DNA of 64,000 nt, taken from contig JAVZNE010000005.1 of NCBI GenBank assembly GCA_038882975.1, forward strand, positions 1 to 64,000, written 5' to 3'. This document shows positions 1 to 8,522 of this stretch, in pieces. The notes under the pieces are model-generated. The model was not told the DNA's origin. It did no database searches and was given only the letters and a program-made list of their open reading frames with translations. The DNA is from Candidatus Bathyarchaeia archaeon. Lineage in GTDB: Archaea; Thermoproteota; Bathyarchaeia; Bathyarchaeales; Bathycorpusculaceae. Position 1 is the stretch's first letter, and every line of letters starts with the position of its first letter. A program made the position numbers and the translations under genes.

Positions 1-114
1 TGGCTTAAAAGCCTCCTAGGCACGGAGAAGCCTGCTGTAAGCTTTTCCTTGAAGGACTTCTCAAAGAAGGTTGACAGGAAGCTTACAGACTTCAAGGCTT
101 TTTCGAAGGGTTAA
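1..114 (+). CDS. C-terminal fragment of a hypothetical protein (5' truncated by window edge)
   Basis: Frame 1 is open from base 1 (WLKSLLGTEKPAVSF...FSKG) to TAA at 112-114, 3 nt before the next ATG. Confidence 0.55.
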   Translation, partial: WLKSLLGTEKPAVSFSLKDFSKKVDRKLTDFKAFSKG

Positions 115-117
115 AAG

Positions 118-522
118 ATGGAATCCCTTGTCAGAATGTTTAGAGAATCGCTTTTCAAAGCCTTCTATGACTGGCTTGAGAAGAATAAAGCGGCCATAGG
201 CGAGAAATGGTATGTTTACGCCTTTAATGAAGCTAAAAAGGCTGAGGATTTAGCCGACAATGCAGTAGGCGTTGTTGGAGTAGCCATGTGGATGTTCAAC
301 ACGATAGCTAACTGCGGCGTAATGGCAGGCGTAGGGCCAGACGGCTACAGCCTACAATGTCTAGACCCAAAAATTGACGAGGCCTCGACTAAAAGGCTCT
401 TAATGATGATTGTGGCGTGTCTAAACCTTCAATGCTTGCCGCTTGAAGAGGCTAAGAAGCCTATTCCAGTAATTAGCCGCAGCAAGTTTTCTTTGAAGCT
501 TTTCGTGGAGGATGGGGAATAG
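118..522 (+). CDS. Hypothetical protein (element 1)
   Basis: 134-aa ORF with ATG start, tightly coupled to the upstream ORF; no recognised motif. Confidence 0.7.
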   Translation: MESLVRMFRESLFKAFYDWLEKNKAAIGEKWYVYAFNEAKKAEDLADNAVGVVGVAMWMFNTIANCGVMAGVGPDGYSLQCLDPKIDEASTKRLLMMIVACLNLQCLPLEEAKKPIPVISRSKFSLKLFVEDGE

Positions 523-644
523 TAACCGTCAGAATGGCTTTACAGCGCTGACAGTTGAGGTGTACATATTTTTCTGATTGGGGTGAGAACAGGTTATGTG
601 CATTATATCAGCAAAAGAGGGTTAAGTTAGGAACATTCTTGCTT

Positions 645-3140
645 TCATTTCACACCCCACTTGCCTAGGTTTGGAACTTCGCGGAGCCAATATTCGTCTT
701 TCAAAATTTCAATTGTTTTTTGAATGTCGAGTCCAAGTTCGCTTATTTTCTTAGCTAGTTCAGCAGCGTCAACTAATCCTTGGTCGTCCTTGTTTTGGAT
801 AAGCCATGTTTTTATATGCTCAAGTTTTTCGCCGAAGGTTGGCTGCCTGTCCAGGGTGTCCAACGTGTCCGGGGATATTTCTATTTTTATATAGGAAGAG
901 TCATTGAGCTCGATGGGCTTGTATGGTTGTCGGTAGTCGCTTCGTTTCTCTTTTAAAGTGTAGAAGGCCCTGGACACGTTGGACAGGTTGGACAGGCTCC
1001 AGCCTTCAGCCTTGTACCTTAACCCTTTAATGGTGTGAAGGCGTTTACCTTCTACTGTTGGTTTGAAGTCTGCGATTTGAACGTGTCCTGGCAGTTTTTT
1101 GAAGAAGCTATCTTGTGAAATGGTGGGCAAGCCTCTTACCCGACAGTACCCTGCAAAAACAGCGTACAATTCTTTCTTTTCTATGAAGGCGTCTGAGTCG
1201 ACTTCCATGCAGTCCATTATGAATGCTGCGACAGGGCTGCTTTTTCGAATGTAGTCTTCTCTAATTTGTTCAGTTGTTTTTGAATAGCTGAATGTTCCAT
1301 TTTTTAAGAGACGCTTAAGTCCTTCGATGGCTAAGTTGAGCAGGCCGCTGAGCTCTTCTGGCGTTGTGAGTTTCTGTAGAATGTAGGGGTCTGCTTTGTC
1401 GTTTACAAACTGGTTTGGAAAGACAATTATTATCCATCTTCGAAAAAATGCTTGTGTATCATCGTATGCTTCGGGCACCTTGTTCGCCGAGAAAAGCAGT
1501 TTGGCGTAGTTTTCAAAGGTGAAGCCTTGCTGAAACTTTCGCTCTGCAGCTATCAGGTCTCGGCCTGTCAACATTTTGAAGGTGCCTGTTCGCCATAAAG
1601 CCTTGTCGGGCAAGTCCGCGTAAATGTTGGCGAGTTTATGGTGTAGATCAGCTTTTGCAAAGCGGTTTTCCTCAAGGTCTTGAAGGCTTCTGCCTGAAAC
1701 ATTTTCTTTGCCCAAAAACTCTTTTATCAGATTGAGGAAGGTGCTTTTTCCGTTTGATCCTTCACCCACAAGCATTAACGCTTTAGCTATGAAGTATTCA
1801 CGGTACAAGCAGAAGCCTATAACTTCAAGAAGTATGTCAACATCCTCTTTTGTGGCTGTTATTTGCTGGAGGAACTCTTTGATTTTGGGGCAATCCGCGT
1901 TGGGGTCGTAGTTTACGGGTAGCAGATTGAAGAACATGTAGTCCGGGCTGTGGAGTGTAAGCTTCATGGCGTTAATGTCTAAAACACCGTTTTTAAGGGG
2001 AATGAGATGGGGCGGCTCCTCTTTGCGGTCTTTAAAGGTGCTTGCCTTAATGTAGTCGATAACCTCGCTTACACGGTTTGTGCGGTACTCCTCGCCGAGC
2101 CTCTTTTTACACTCTTCTTTAATTAAGCTTTCAGCATATGGCCTATAACATCCCTCTCTCCAGACGTAAATCTGCTCGTTATCCCGCATGGTTATGAAGT
2201 GATGTTGATCCATGAGCTCCTCGGCAAGCAACATTGGAACAAACTTGCCTTCAACGAAATACTTGTTGAAAACTGGCGGTTGTCGACAGTCGGCCCAATC
2301 AAAACGTTCACACTCTTCAAAGCAGATTTTTCTTTCTTGCAGCTCACCCTTTGTGAAGTGGCCATAGTGGCCGTAGACGCTTTCAATCTGTTTTTCAGTA
2401 GTTTCAGGCTTATACTCGGGCTCCCAAGCCCTATTCCGGTGAAAAATCTCTTTAACATCTTCAATTGAAAGGCCTTGATGCTCCAACTCGTTTACAAGCG
2501 CCACACGTTCATTATGGCTTAATTCCTGCTTTTCCATTAAACGCTTAAAGCATGGCCTCAAATTTGGAAGGGTGAAGCGCTTCTTTTGCTCGGGAATTTT
2601 GACGCCTGCACGTTTTAAAGCCTCCGTAAATTCAGCCTCAAGATCCTCAACCAATGTGGGAAGGTTGTCGTTAACTTTCACGTAGCCCTTTGAAGGGTAC
2701 ATAATGCACAGCTTGTTTTTGCCTAGAAGCTCCAGGGCCGCAACGTCATGATAAGTGCTTATTGTTCTAGGAGGCTTTCTGCAAAAATAAATTAAGTGCT
2801 CTCCACCGCTTGGAGTGGCCTCCCACGCGGTAACACGCATATATGATAATGCCTTTTTTCCTAGGGCCTGGGCTTCAGGCGTTGTTTGTTTGACGTCGAA
2901 ATCGACAACACCAATGCTTAACCCCTCATTGCCGGGCTTACCGCACAACAATGCAAAGCCCTCAGCCTCATCCCAACGTGAATCCTCAAACTCTTGTAGG
3001 GTCTGCTCCTTAGATTCCCATTTTTTCCAATCGATCAGAGGCTTTTTCTTAACATTTCCATCAGCCTCCTTGACAAAGATTATTGGAATTACAACAAAGC
3101 CCTTTTGCCACCATTCAAAAGCAGCAGCTTTCACTTCCAA
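645..3140 (-). CDS. Primase-polymerase / PriL-like / D5 SF3 helicase replication protein (P4-type phage/plasmid primase family)
   Basis: N-terminal prim-pol motifs (VVDFD, TPSGGEHLIYF), PriL-CTD-like PCF..LSHNERVAL with Cys cluster, D5_N (IPLKNGVLD), Walker A GEGSNGKST, SANKVP..D...AFFRRW, C-terminal wHTH-like region. Confidence 0.92.
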   Translation of the reverse strand: MEVKAAAFEWWQKGFVVIPIIFVKEADGNVKKKPLIDWKKWESKEQTLQEFEDSRWDEAEGFALLCGKPGNEGLSIGVVDFDVKQTTPEAQALGKKALSYMRVTAWEATPSGGEHLIYFCRKPPRTISTYHDVAALELLGKNKLCIMYPSKGYVKVNDNLPTLVEDLEAEFTEALKRAGVKIPEQKKRFTLPNLRPCFKRLMEKQELSHNERVALVNELEHQGLSIEDVKEIFHRNRAWEPEYKPETTEKQIESVYGHYGHFTKGELQERKICFEECERFDWADCRQPPVFNKYFVEGKFVPMLLAEELMDQHHFITMRDNEQIYVWREGCYRPYAESLIKEECKKRLGEEYRTNRVSEVIDYIKASTFKDRKEEPPHLIPLKNGVLDINAMKLTLHSPDYMFFNLLPVNYDPNADCPKIKEFLQQITATKEDVDILLEVIGFCLYREYFIAKALMLVGEGSNGKSTFLNLIKEFLGKENVSGRSLQDLEENRFAKADLHHKLANIYADLPDKALWRTGTFKMLTGRDLIAAERKFQQGFTFENYAKLLFSANKVPEAYDDTQAFFRRWIIIVFPNQFVNDKADPYILQKLTTPEELSGLLNLAIEGLKRLLKNGTFSYSKTTEQIREDYIRKSSPVAAFIMDCMEVDSDAFIEKKELYAVFAGYCRVRGLPTISQDSFFKKLPGHVQIADFKPTVEGKRLHTIKGLRYKAEGWSLSNLSNVSRAFYTLKEKRSDYRQPYKPIELNDSSYIKIEISPDTLDTLDRQPTFGEKLEHIKTWLIQNKDDQGLVDAAELAKKISELGLDIQKTIEILKDEYWLREVPNLGKWGVK
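846..996. repeat. Two inverted arrays of 9-bp iterons around an AT-rich core (putative replication origin inside the replicase gene)
   Basis: cctgtcca-gggtgtcca-acgtgtcc (846-870) is inverted relative to tggacacgt-tggacaggt-tggacagg (971-996); AT-rich tract tatttctatttttatata lies between them. Confidence 0.7.
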
Positions 3141-3183
3141 GTTTTAAGCCTCCGTTTCCAAGCTTCTGCTTGACAAGTCGGCT

Positions 3184-3402
3184 TCACTTACTTTTCATTT
3201 CAAGCGCATGTTCAAGATCTTGAAGAATTATGCGGAGGCTTTTTACAACATCCTCCAACCTGGCGTTTTTCGGGTATAACACACAGGCTGTCCTGTTAGC
3301 TGTCAGTTTAAACTCTAAACCCATACATTCACGTATTTCCTTCGGAATGTAGGCTATTCCCTGCTTCTTGTGCACTTTAACATTAAACTCAACCATAGCC
3401 AT
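3184..3402 (-). CDS. Small AbrB/SpoVT-like DNA-binding protein
   Basis: VKVHKKQGIAYIPKEIRE matches the AbrB-type G.I.IPK.IR pattern; similar protein at 52898-53158. Confidence 0.7.
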   Translation of the reverse strand: MAMVEFNVKVHKKQGIAYIPKEIRECMGLEFKLTANRTACVLYPKNARLEDVVKSLRIILQDLEHALEMKSK

Positions 3403-3412
3403 CGCATATAGT

Positions 3413-3447
3413 TTTCATAAGAAAGGCATAAATATATCTTTATGAAA
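3413..3447. promoter_or_regulatory. Inverted repeat in the divergent promoter region (putative operator)
   Basis: tttcataa ... ttatgaaa flanks a TATA-like taaatatat between the divergent AbrB-like and HTH genes. Confidence 0.4.
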
Positions 3448-3486
3448 GATAGAATCAAAATAAAAGATACTATCAGGTAAACACTT

Positions 3487-4164
3487 ATGGAAAAAACTTC
3501 AATAGAATTTCCACGCCTTCCCGAAATTCTAACCGAGGTTGAAGAGGAAATACTTCATCTTCTCTTGAAAAATCCACTATTAAACAAGTATGAAGTTGGC
3601 GAGAAACTAGGTAAGTCCTATTCAAACATCTATAATGCTATAAAAACCCTCATCGCGAAAGGAATGGTTGAAGTTGCCAACGTGAGAGCCGGAAAAAGAA
3701 ACCAAAATATACGTGTTGAGTGTTATCGGGCTACTGAGAGGGGTGCAAGGCACGTATTAGAATCCGTTCAAATAAAGGTTAACTTAGGATTAATCTCTAA
3801 TGATGATGATCCGTTTAAAAACGTACCAATGGACGTGATGGCTACGCTTATAAAAAATTACCCAAACCTCTTTCCTCCAGAGCTTCAACAATTAACCGAA
3901 AGGTTTGCCGGTATATTAGCAACCACACGTATGGGAACATACACATACCTGTCAATTATTCGAGCGAAATTAGGGGTTGAAGCTCCCAAAGACATATTCA
4001 TCGAAAAGGCCTTTCAAGCCATGACGGAAAGCGACTTGAACGTGTTGATAGACTTGACAGGTAAACTGCTGAACGAAGAGATCAAGAAACTGGAGACTGA
4101 AATACAAAGGAAAAAGTTACAATTAGAATTCTTAGAAGAGATTAAAACCAGAAGCCGAACATGA
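3487..4164 (+). CDS. Winged-HTH transcriptional regulator with C-terminal coiled coil
   Basis: LTEVEEEILHLL..NKYEVGEKLGKSYSNIYNAIKTLIAKGMV followed by Y.ATERG wing. Confidence 0.8.
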   Translation: MEKTSIEFPRLPEILTEVEEEILHLLLKNPLLNKYEVGEKLGKSYSNIYNAIKTLIAKGMVEVANVRAGKRNQNIRVECYRATERGARHVLESVQIKVNLGLISNDDDPFKNVPMDVMATLIKNYPNLFPPELQQLTERFAGILATTRMGTYTYLSIIRAKLGVEAPKDIFIEKAFQAMTESDLNVLIDLTGKLLNEEIKKLETEIQRKKLQLEFLEEIKTRSRT

Positions 4165-4454
4165 ACAGTAAATAAGCACTGGCGCAACCCGAATTTCCAA
4201 CATGTTACGTTAAAATTAATAAAAGAAACATGCTTAAGCAAGCATTAAGAGCGCATCTAAGGTTCTGCATAACCCCCTTAAATAATTGAGAACGTTAAAC
4301 CTATCACTTTTTCATTGACACTATGAAAGTTATCAGGGAAACGTTTTGCTAAAATATATTCAAAACGGCAAAAGACAAGAGGGGGTGGGGGTCCAACAAC
4401 TTTGATGGAACAAAGTCTTAAGTAATACAGTATTATATGTTATATAGTTACTGG

Positions 4455-4507
4455 TGTCCCGCTGTCCCACTGTCCCATTTGTCCCAAGCGTCCCATTTAT
4501 ATGTCCC
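4455..4507 (+). repeat. Six tandem (t/c)GTCCC repeats
   Basis: Copies start at 4455, 4463, 4471, 4480, 4489 and 4502, directly upstream of the ORF at 4537. Confidence 0.8.
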
Positions 4508-4536
4508 ATCTAATTTTACTATAAAATTGATTAGCG

Positions 4537-5481
4537 GTGCTGGTTGATCAGAAGAAGCTTGAAGAAGCTTTTAGGCTGTTAGACGGTGGAAAGGAGAGCT
4601 TTAGAAGCCTGGAGGCTAAGCTTGGCGTTTCCAAAAGTACACTGCAACGCTGGTACATCTCATGGCTTGATAAACGGGTTGAAGAACGCAAAAAGACCCT
4701 CGCAGAGGTTGAAGGAAAAATTTCAAAACTGACTTTAGAGTTCAACAAGCTTGAAAAGAAGTATGACGAGAAAAATAGGATTCTCGAGGAAAACTGCCGG
4801 AAAAAGAAGGCAGTCCTTGAGGAAGAGATCGCAAAACTGAGAAGAGAGGCTGAAACCATCAAAGCAACCTTTGAACGCCAAAATTTAAGCTGGGAAGAGG
4901 GCATGAATATGCTGAAAGACGCAGTCTCTTTGAGGGATATGGTTGCCAGGCTCAGAGACGAAGCAACATGCCTAGAAGGCTTAGTAAAACAAACAAGGCT
5001 CAGCCAATCAGAGCTTGAAAAGAGAAGAGAAAACCTCGGCAAGGTGGTTTCAGCCTTAAGCTCAACATACCTCTCGTATATGAATTGGCTCCAAACAGAG
5101 GCCCCTAGGCTTGAACAACTGAAGAGACAACTCTCAAACGACATTAAAGGGCTTAACATGCAAAAAACTGAGCTGGAAAACGAAATCAGCAAGCTCAAGG
5201 AAGAATTAAAAAAGCTTAAACAAGAGGAGGAAGCGAGAAAAGCCTTAATACTAGCCCTTGCGGACGAAGAAGCCAGAGTTAAGACGGAAACTGATAGGCT
5301 AATAAACGAAGCCGAGGAGCTAGCGAACAGAATAGTTAAAAACGCAAAATCCGAGGAGGAGAAAGCCCGGAGAGAAGTTGAAAAGTTGAGAAAAGAAAAA
5401 GAAAAACTTGAAACAGAAATGGAATTAGCCCAAACAGCCTTAAAGGCAAAGCTTAAAGAACTTCAGGTGACGCACAGCTGA
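4537..5481 (+). CDS. HTH plus long coiled-coil protein
   Basis: N-terminal SFRSLEAKLGVSKSTLQRWY HTH followed by ~270 aa of E/K/L-rich heptads; GTG start. Confidence 0.8.
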   Translation: MLVDQKKLEEAFRLLDGGKESFRSLEAKLGVSKSTLQRWYISWLDKRVEERKKTLAEVEGKISKLTLEFNKLEKKYDEKNRILEENCRKKKAVLEEEIAKLRREAETIKATFERQNLSWEEGMNMLKDAVSLRDMVARLRDEATCLEGLVKQTRLSQSELEKRRENLGKVVSALSSTYLSYMNWLQTEAPRLEQLKRQLSNDIKGLNMQKTELENEISKLKEELKKLKQEEEARKALILALADEEARVKTETDRLINEAEELANRIVKNAKSEEEKARREVEKLRKEKEKLETEMELAQTALKAKLKELQVTHS

Positions 5482-5576
5482 AAAGCAACAATCTTAATAG
5501 CCACATGACGCTTACCACAGCACGACAAAAACTGCTAGAACAAGAAATAGGATTCACTTAATTATTTAATTGCATA

Positions 5577-5591
5577 CCGCCCGGTCCACTA
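5577..5591 (+). other. Putative attR: duplicate of a tRNA-Ala-like 3' end
   Basis: ccgc-ccggtcc-a-cta fits T-stem 3' strand + acceptor 3' strand CCGGTCC + discriminator A of archaeal tRNA-Ala (GGGCCGG...CCGGTCCA); no upstream tRNA body here. Confidence 0.55.
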
Positions 5592-5664
5592 CGAAAACCC
5601 TCAAGTAAAGTATTCTACGCTGGAAAGTGGAAATTTTAAAACCGGCATTTCACGAGGATTTGTT

Positions 5665-5773
5665 GGCGATGAGGATATGCTCCTCCTCTCATCGGCTGAA
5701 CTTGAGAAGAGGGAGCATACTTCTGAGCCGAGGAGGGCTTATGTGATGAGACATTTTCTATGAGATTATCTGA
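5665..5773 (+). ncRNA. Candidate C/D box-like (kink-turn) small RNA
   Basis: C-like GCGATGA 5666-5672, CTGA at 5696, 5723 and 5770, perfect GTGATGA at 5743-5749, internal hairpin tatgctcc/ggagcata. Confidence 0.4.
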
Positions 5774-6702
5774 ACTATTATTAGGGCAACTATTAGCACT
5801 GCCAAAGCTTTCATAGCCTTTTTGTTAAATTGCGCGGCTTCTTCTGTTTTCTTTGCATCCACAAGCTTCATGATGTAAACAGATGTTGAAAGGTTGTAAA
5901 GGAATACAATGTAAATTGACATCATCATTCTATCTGCAAAGGTTAAATAGCCTATTGGCGGCAAGCCGCTAAGAAGAGACAGGTGAAAGGCTGTAGCCGA
6001 CATGAGAGTTGTTACGCCTAAACCTATTCTTTGGCTGAAGTTTTGGGGTGATATGAAGAACGTGAGAAGCGATATCGTTGTTATAACAATTATTGGCAAT
6101 ACGCTTTTCACAAAAGATGAAAGTGTTGGACGCCTCAACTGAACGCAGAAGATGAACCTTGAAAAGGTTTCATCACCATAAGAATGCTCGGTTTCTATCG
6201 TGTTGTATCCCCCTATCTCCCATCCAGCAACATTAATGGCTTCATCAATAGCTGAGTTCTGGTCCGCAATATAGCGTAAGCGAGAAGCATCAAGCTCTTT
6301 ATGTTCTAGCTCTATGGTGAGCGTGTGGGTTTCAAATGGGTAATCGGTGAAGTCAAAAGTTTTTATGAAGTCTCCTTTAATGCGGTATTCCACATAACCA
6401 CGCGTTTCGTTTTCCTCTATTGGGGGGAAAGTTCCCAATGGACCGTTTACAAACTCAAATTTTTTCACATCCACCAAGTTGATTCTGGAGTGGTTAAACT
6501 TGAACCATAAATAAAAGTCTAGACGGTAGCTGCTTGCAGCTAAGTCCACCTTTTCAACGTTCACAAGCCAGACCCCAACATAGACTTCTGCTGGGCCTGT
6601 CTGTGATTCGTGGCTTCCCGCCATTGTCTGCGGTGTTAGCATCATTAATATTAATGGTAGCGTGAAAGCAGATGTTATCATGAGTAAATAGTGCCTCTTC
6701 AT
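5758..6702 (-). CDS. Pentameric ligand-gated ion channel (GLIC/ELIC-like)
   Basis: Signal peptide; beta-sandwich ECD (VYVGVWLVNV, LDFYLWF) with Pro-loop DFTDYPFE; four TM helices (KSVLP, RIGLGVTTLMS, LPPIGYLTFAD). Confidence 0.88.
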   Translation of the reverse strand: MKRHYLLMITSAFTLPLILMMLTPQTMAGSHESQTGPAEVYVGVWLVNVEKVDLAASSYRLDFYLWFKFNHSRINLVDVKKFEFVNGPLGTFPPIEENETRGYVEYRIKGDFIKTFDFTDYPFETHTLTIELEHKELDASRLRYIADQNSAIDEAINVAGWEIGGYNTIETEHSYGDETFSRFIFCVQLRRPTLSSFVKSVLPIIVITTISLLTFFISPQNFSQRIGLGVTTLMSATAFHLSLLSGLPPIGYLTFADRMMMSIYIVFLYNLSTSVYIMKLVDAKKTEEAAQFNKKAMKALAVLIVALIIVQIIS

Positions 6703-6903
6703 AGCGCTTCACCAATCGGGTTTCAATTCGAACATGGAGTTCGATATATAAATGTTAGGCTGATAAATCCTCAATTTCGGCATGGATTTTTATTGTTAAT
6801 AAGTATGTTTGGCTATTCCTATGGATACATTTTGAGGATTCGCTATCTTTATTTATATAAGATGGCATTGAATAGGTTGAAGAAAATCGGGAGAATAGTC
6901 ACC

Positions 6904-7455
6904 ATGTCAAAAAAGGCTCCGTCAAAGGATGACGCCCTTGAAGCATTAGACTTTATTATTAATGTTTTAAGGGAGCATGAGAAGGATTTAGACCGCCTCA
7001 TAAACGAGTTGGGAAAAATAACCGAGAGGCTTGGAGAGGCTGGAGAGTTAAGCGGCAAGATAGAAAACGTTGAGGAGAGGCTTACAAATCTGCAAAATGA
7101 AATATCCAACCTTATCGCTTACCTTTCAACAGCCCATGAAGCCCCGAAAAGCGCTACTCCAACAGTGCCCGTTCAAAAACCACAAATCTTCGCGGCTGAA
7201 GTGCGGGGTCCACCAGTCATATTACGATGCAAACAATGGGAAGACTTCCAAACCCTAGCCCGCCAAGCCCAGGCACTCTCATTCCTATATAAGGAGGCGG
7301 AGAAAACTTTCCAGGCAGACGCCCTAAAAAATAACCAAATCATAACTTATAGTGGGGAACTTCCAAAACCCACAGCCCTTCTAAAGAGCTGGCTTTCTAA
7401 ACAGTTGGATGTTCCGGAAGAGAAAATTCTTGAGGGCATATTAGCCGTCGGCTAA
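6904..7455 (+). CDS. Hypothetical protein with N-terminal coiled coil
   Basis: Likely start at ATG 6904 (MSKKAPSKDDALEALDFIINVL); the longer track ORF runs through the AT-rich intergenic region. Confidence 0.75.
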   Translation: MSKKAPSKDDALEALDFIINVLREHEKDLDRLINELGKITERLGEAGELSGKIENVEERLTNLQNEISNLIAYLSTAHEAPKSATPTVPVQKPQIFAAEVRGPPVILRCKQWEDFQTLARQAQALSFLYKEAEKTFQADALKNNQIITYSGELPKPTALLKSWLSKQLDVPEEKILEGILAVG

Positions 7456-7510
7456 ACTTTTAACCCTCCACACCTAAACTCGGCTCTATTTTGCATCCCT
7501 AACCGCATTG

Positions 7511-8494
7511 TTAGCTGAATAGGTTTATCTCCCTGCATATCCCTTTCTCTTTGGCTTTGGTGTAAGCCAGCCACGCTGTGGCGCAGTCTTGAATTCCTAG
7601 GCCAACAGATTTGAACAAAGTGATTTCTGACTCAGATGTTCTTCCGCTTTTTTTACCGGTTACTATTTCCCCAAGCTCAGCATGTATATCTTCCACCCTT
7701 ATTATTCCTGCCTTCAAAGGGATTATTAAATCGCCAGCCTCTTCCAATGCTGCAGATCTCTGGTCCACGACAATTTTAGACTTCTTAACCACTTTTTCGT
7801 CAACTTCTCTAGCGTCCGGCTTGAAGGAACCGATCAAAGTTAAGTGTGTTCCCGGCTTCACTAGGCTTCCGTCGAAAAGTGGAGTTTTCGAAGTGGTAGC
7901 AGTTATTATTAGGTCTGAGTTTGTGACTATTTCCTCGGGGCTGCTTACTTTTATTGGGATGTTGAGTTCTTTGGACATTTCATCAGCAAAGGCTCGAGCC
8001 CTCTCCATGACTTTATCGTATACAAAAGCCCTTTCTATGTTTCTTACCACACATGCTGCTTTTAACTGAGCTCTCGCTTGAACACCAGCACCGAAGACTC
8101 CAACAGTTTTAGAATCTTCCCTTGCCAGATACTTGGCAGCCACCCCACCCACAGCCCCGGTTCTGATTGCTGTAATAAAAATTCCATCCATTATGGCTAA
8201 GGGCTCTCCAGTTTTGGCGCTATTTAACACCACAACCGCCATCACAGTGGGCAAACCCTTCTTTTGGTTTTCCTCGAAAACGGTGACTATTTTTGTTGAA
8301 AGCGCCTCTATTTTCTCGAGGTAGGCTGGCATAACGCCTACCCAGCCGTTTTCCTTACTTATATCTATTCCAATTCTCTGAGGCAAAACAGCGGTGCCCA
8401 CCTCAAGTTCCGAAAAAGCGTGTTCAACGGCTTCTATGACCTCTTCCATTGACAAAATTCTTTCCAGATCGGACCTTGTAAGTATTAAAACCAT
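7511..8494 (-). CDS. Ornithine cyclodeaminase/mu-crystallin family protein (alanine dehydrogenase or pyrroline-2-carboxylate reductase-like)
   Basis: MPAY, ITAIRTGA, GAGVQA Rossmann motif, FKSVGLGIQD. Confidence 0.9.
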   Translation of the reverse strand: MVLILTRSDLERILSMEEVIEAVEHAFSELEVGTAVLPQRIGIDISKENGWVGVMPAYLEKIEALSTKIVTVFEENQKKGLPTVMAVVVLNSAKTGEPLAIMDGIFITAIRTGAVGGVAAKYLAREDSKTVGVFGAGVQARAQLKAACVVRNIERAFVYDKVMERARAFADEMSKELNIPIKVSSPEEIVTNSDLIITATTSKTPLFDGSLVKPGTHLTLIGSFKPDAREVDEKVVKKSKIVVDQRSAALEEAGDLIIPLKAGIIRVEDIHAELGEIVTGKKSGRTSESEITLFKSVGLGIQDCATAWLAYTKAKEKGICREINLFS

Positions 8495-8522
8495 TTACTT
8501 CCCCAATTAAATAAGGCATTAA

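Larger units (their letters stand above)
1..5591. mobile_element. Right part of an integrated plasmid/virus-like element (element 1); left end lies outside the window
   Basis: Prim-pol/D5 helicase replicase, divergent AbrB-like/HTH pair, iterons and orphan ORFs, ending at a tRNA-3'-end-like 15-mer at 5577-5591, after which housekeeping-type genes resume. Confidence 0.8.

Noticed and set aside
4548-5198. 216-aa minus-strand ORF
   Set aside because: Ser/Leu/Phe-rich antisense shadow of the coiled-coil gene
6691-6903. N-terminal extension of the 6691-7455 ORF
   Set aside because: Runs through the AT-rich divergent promoter region and overlaps the start of the channel gene; ATG 6904 is more plausible
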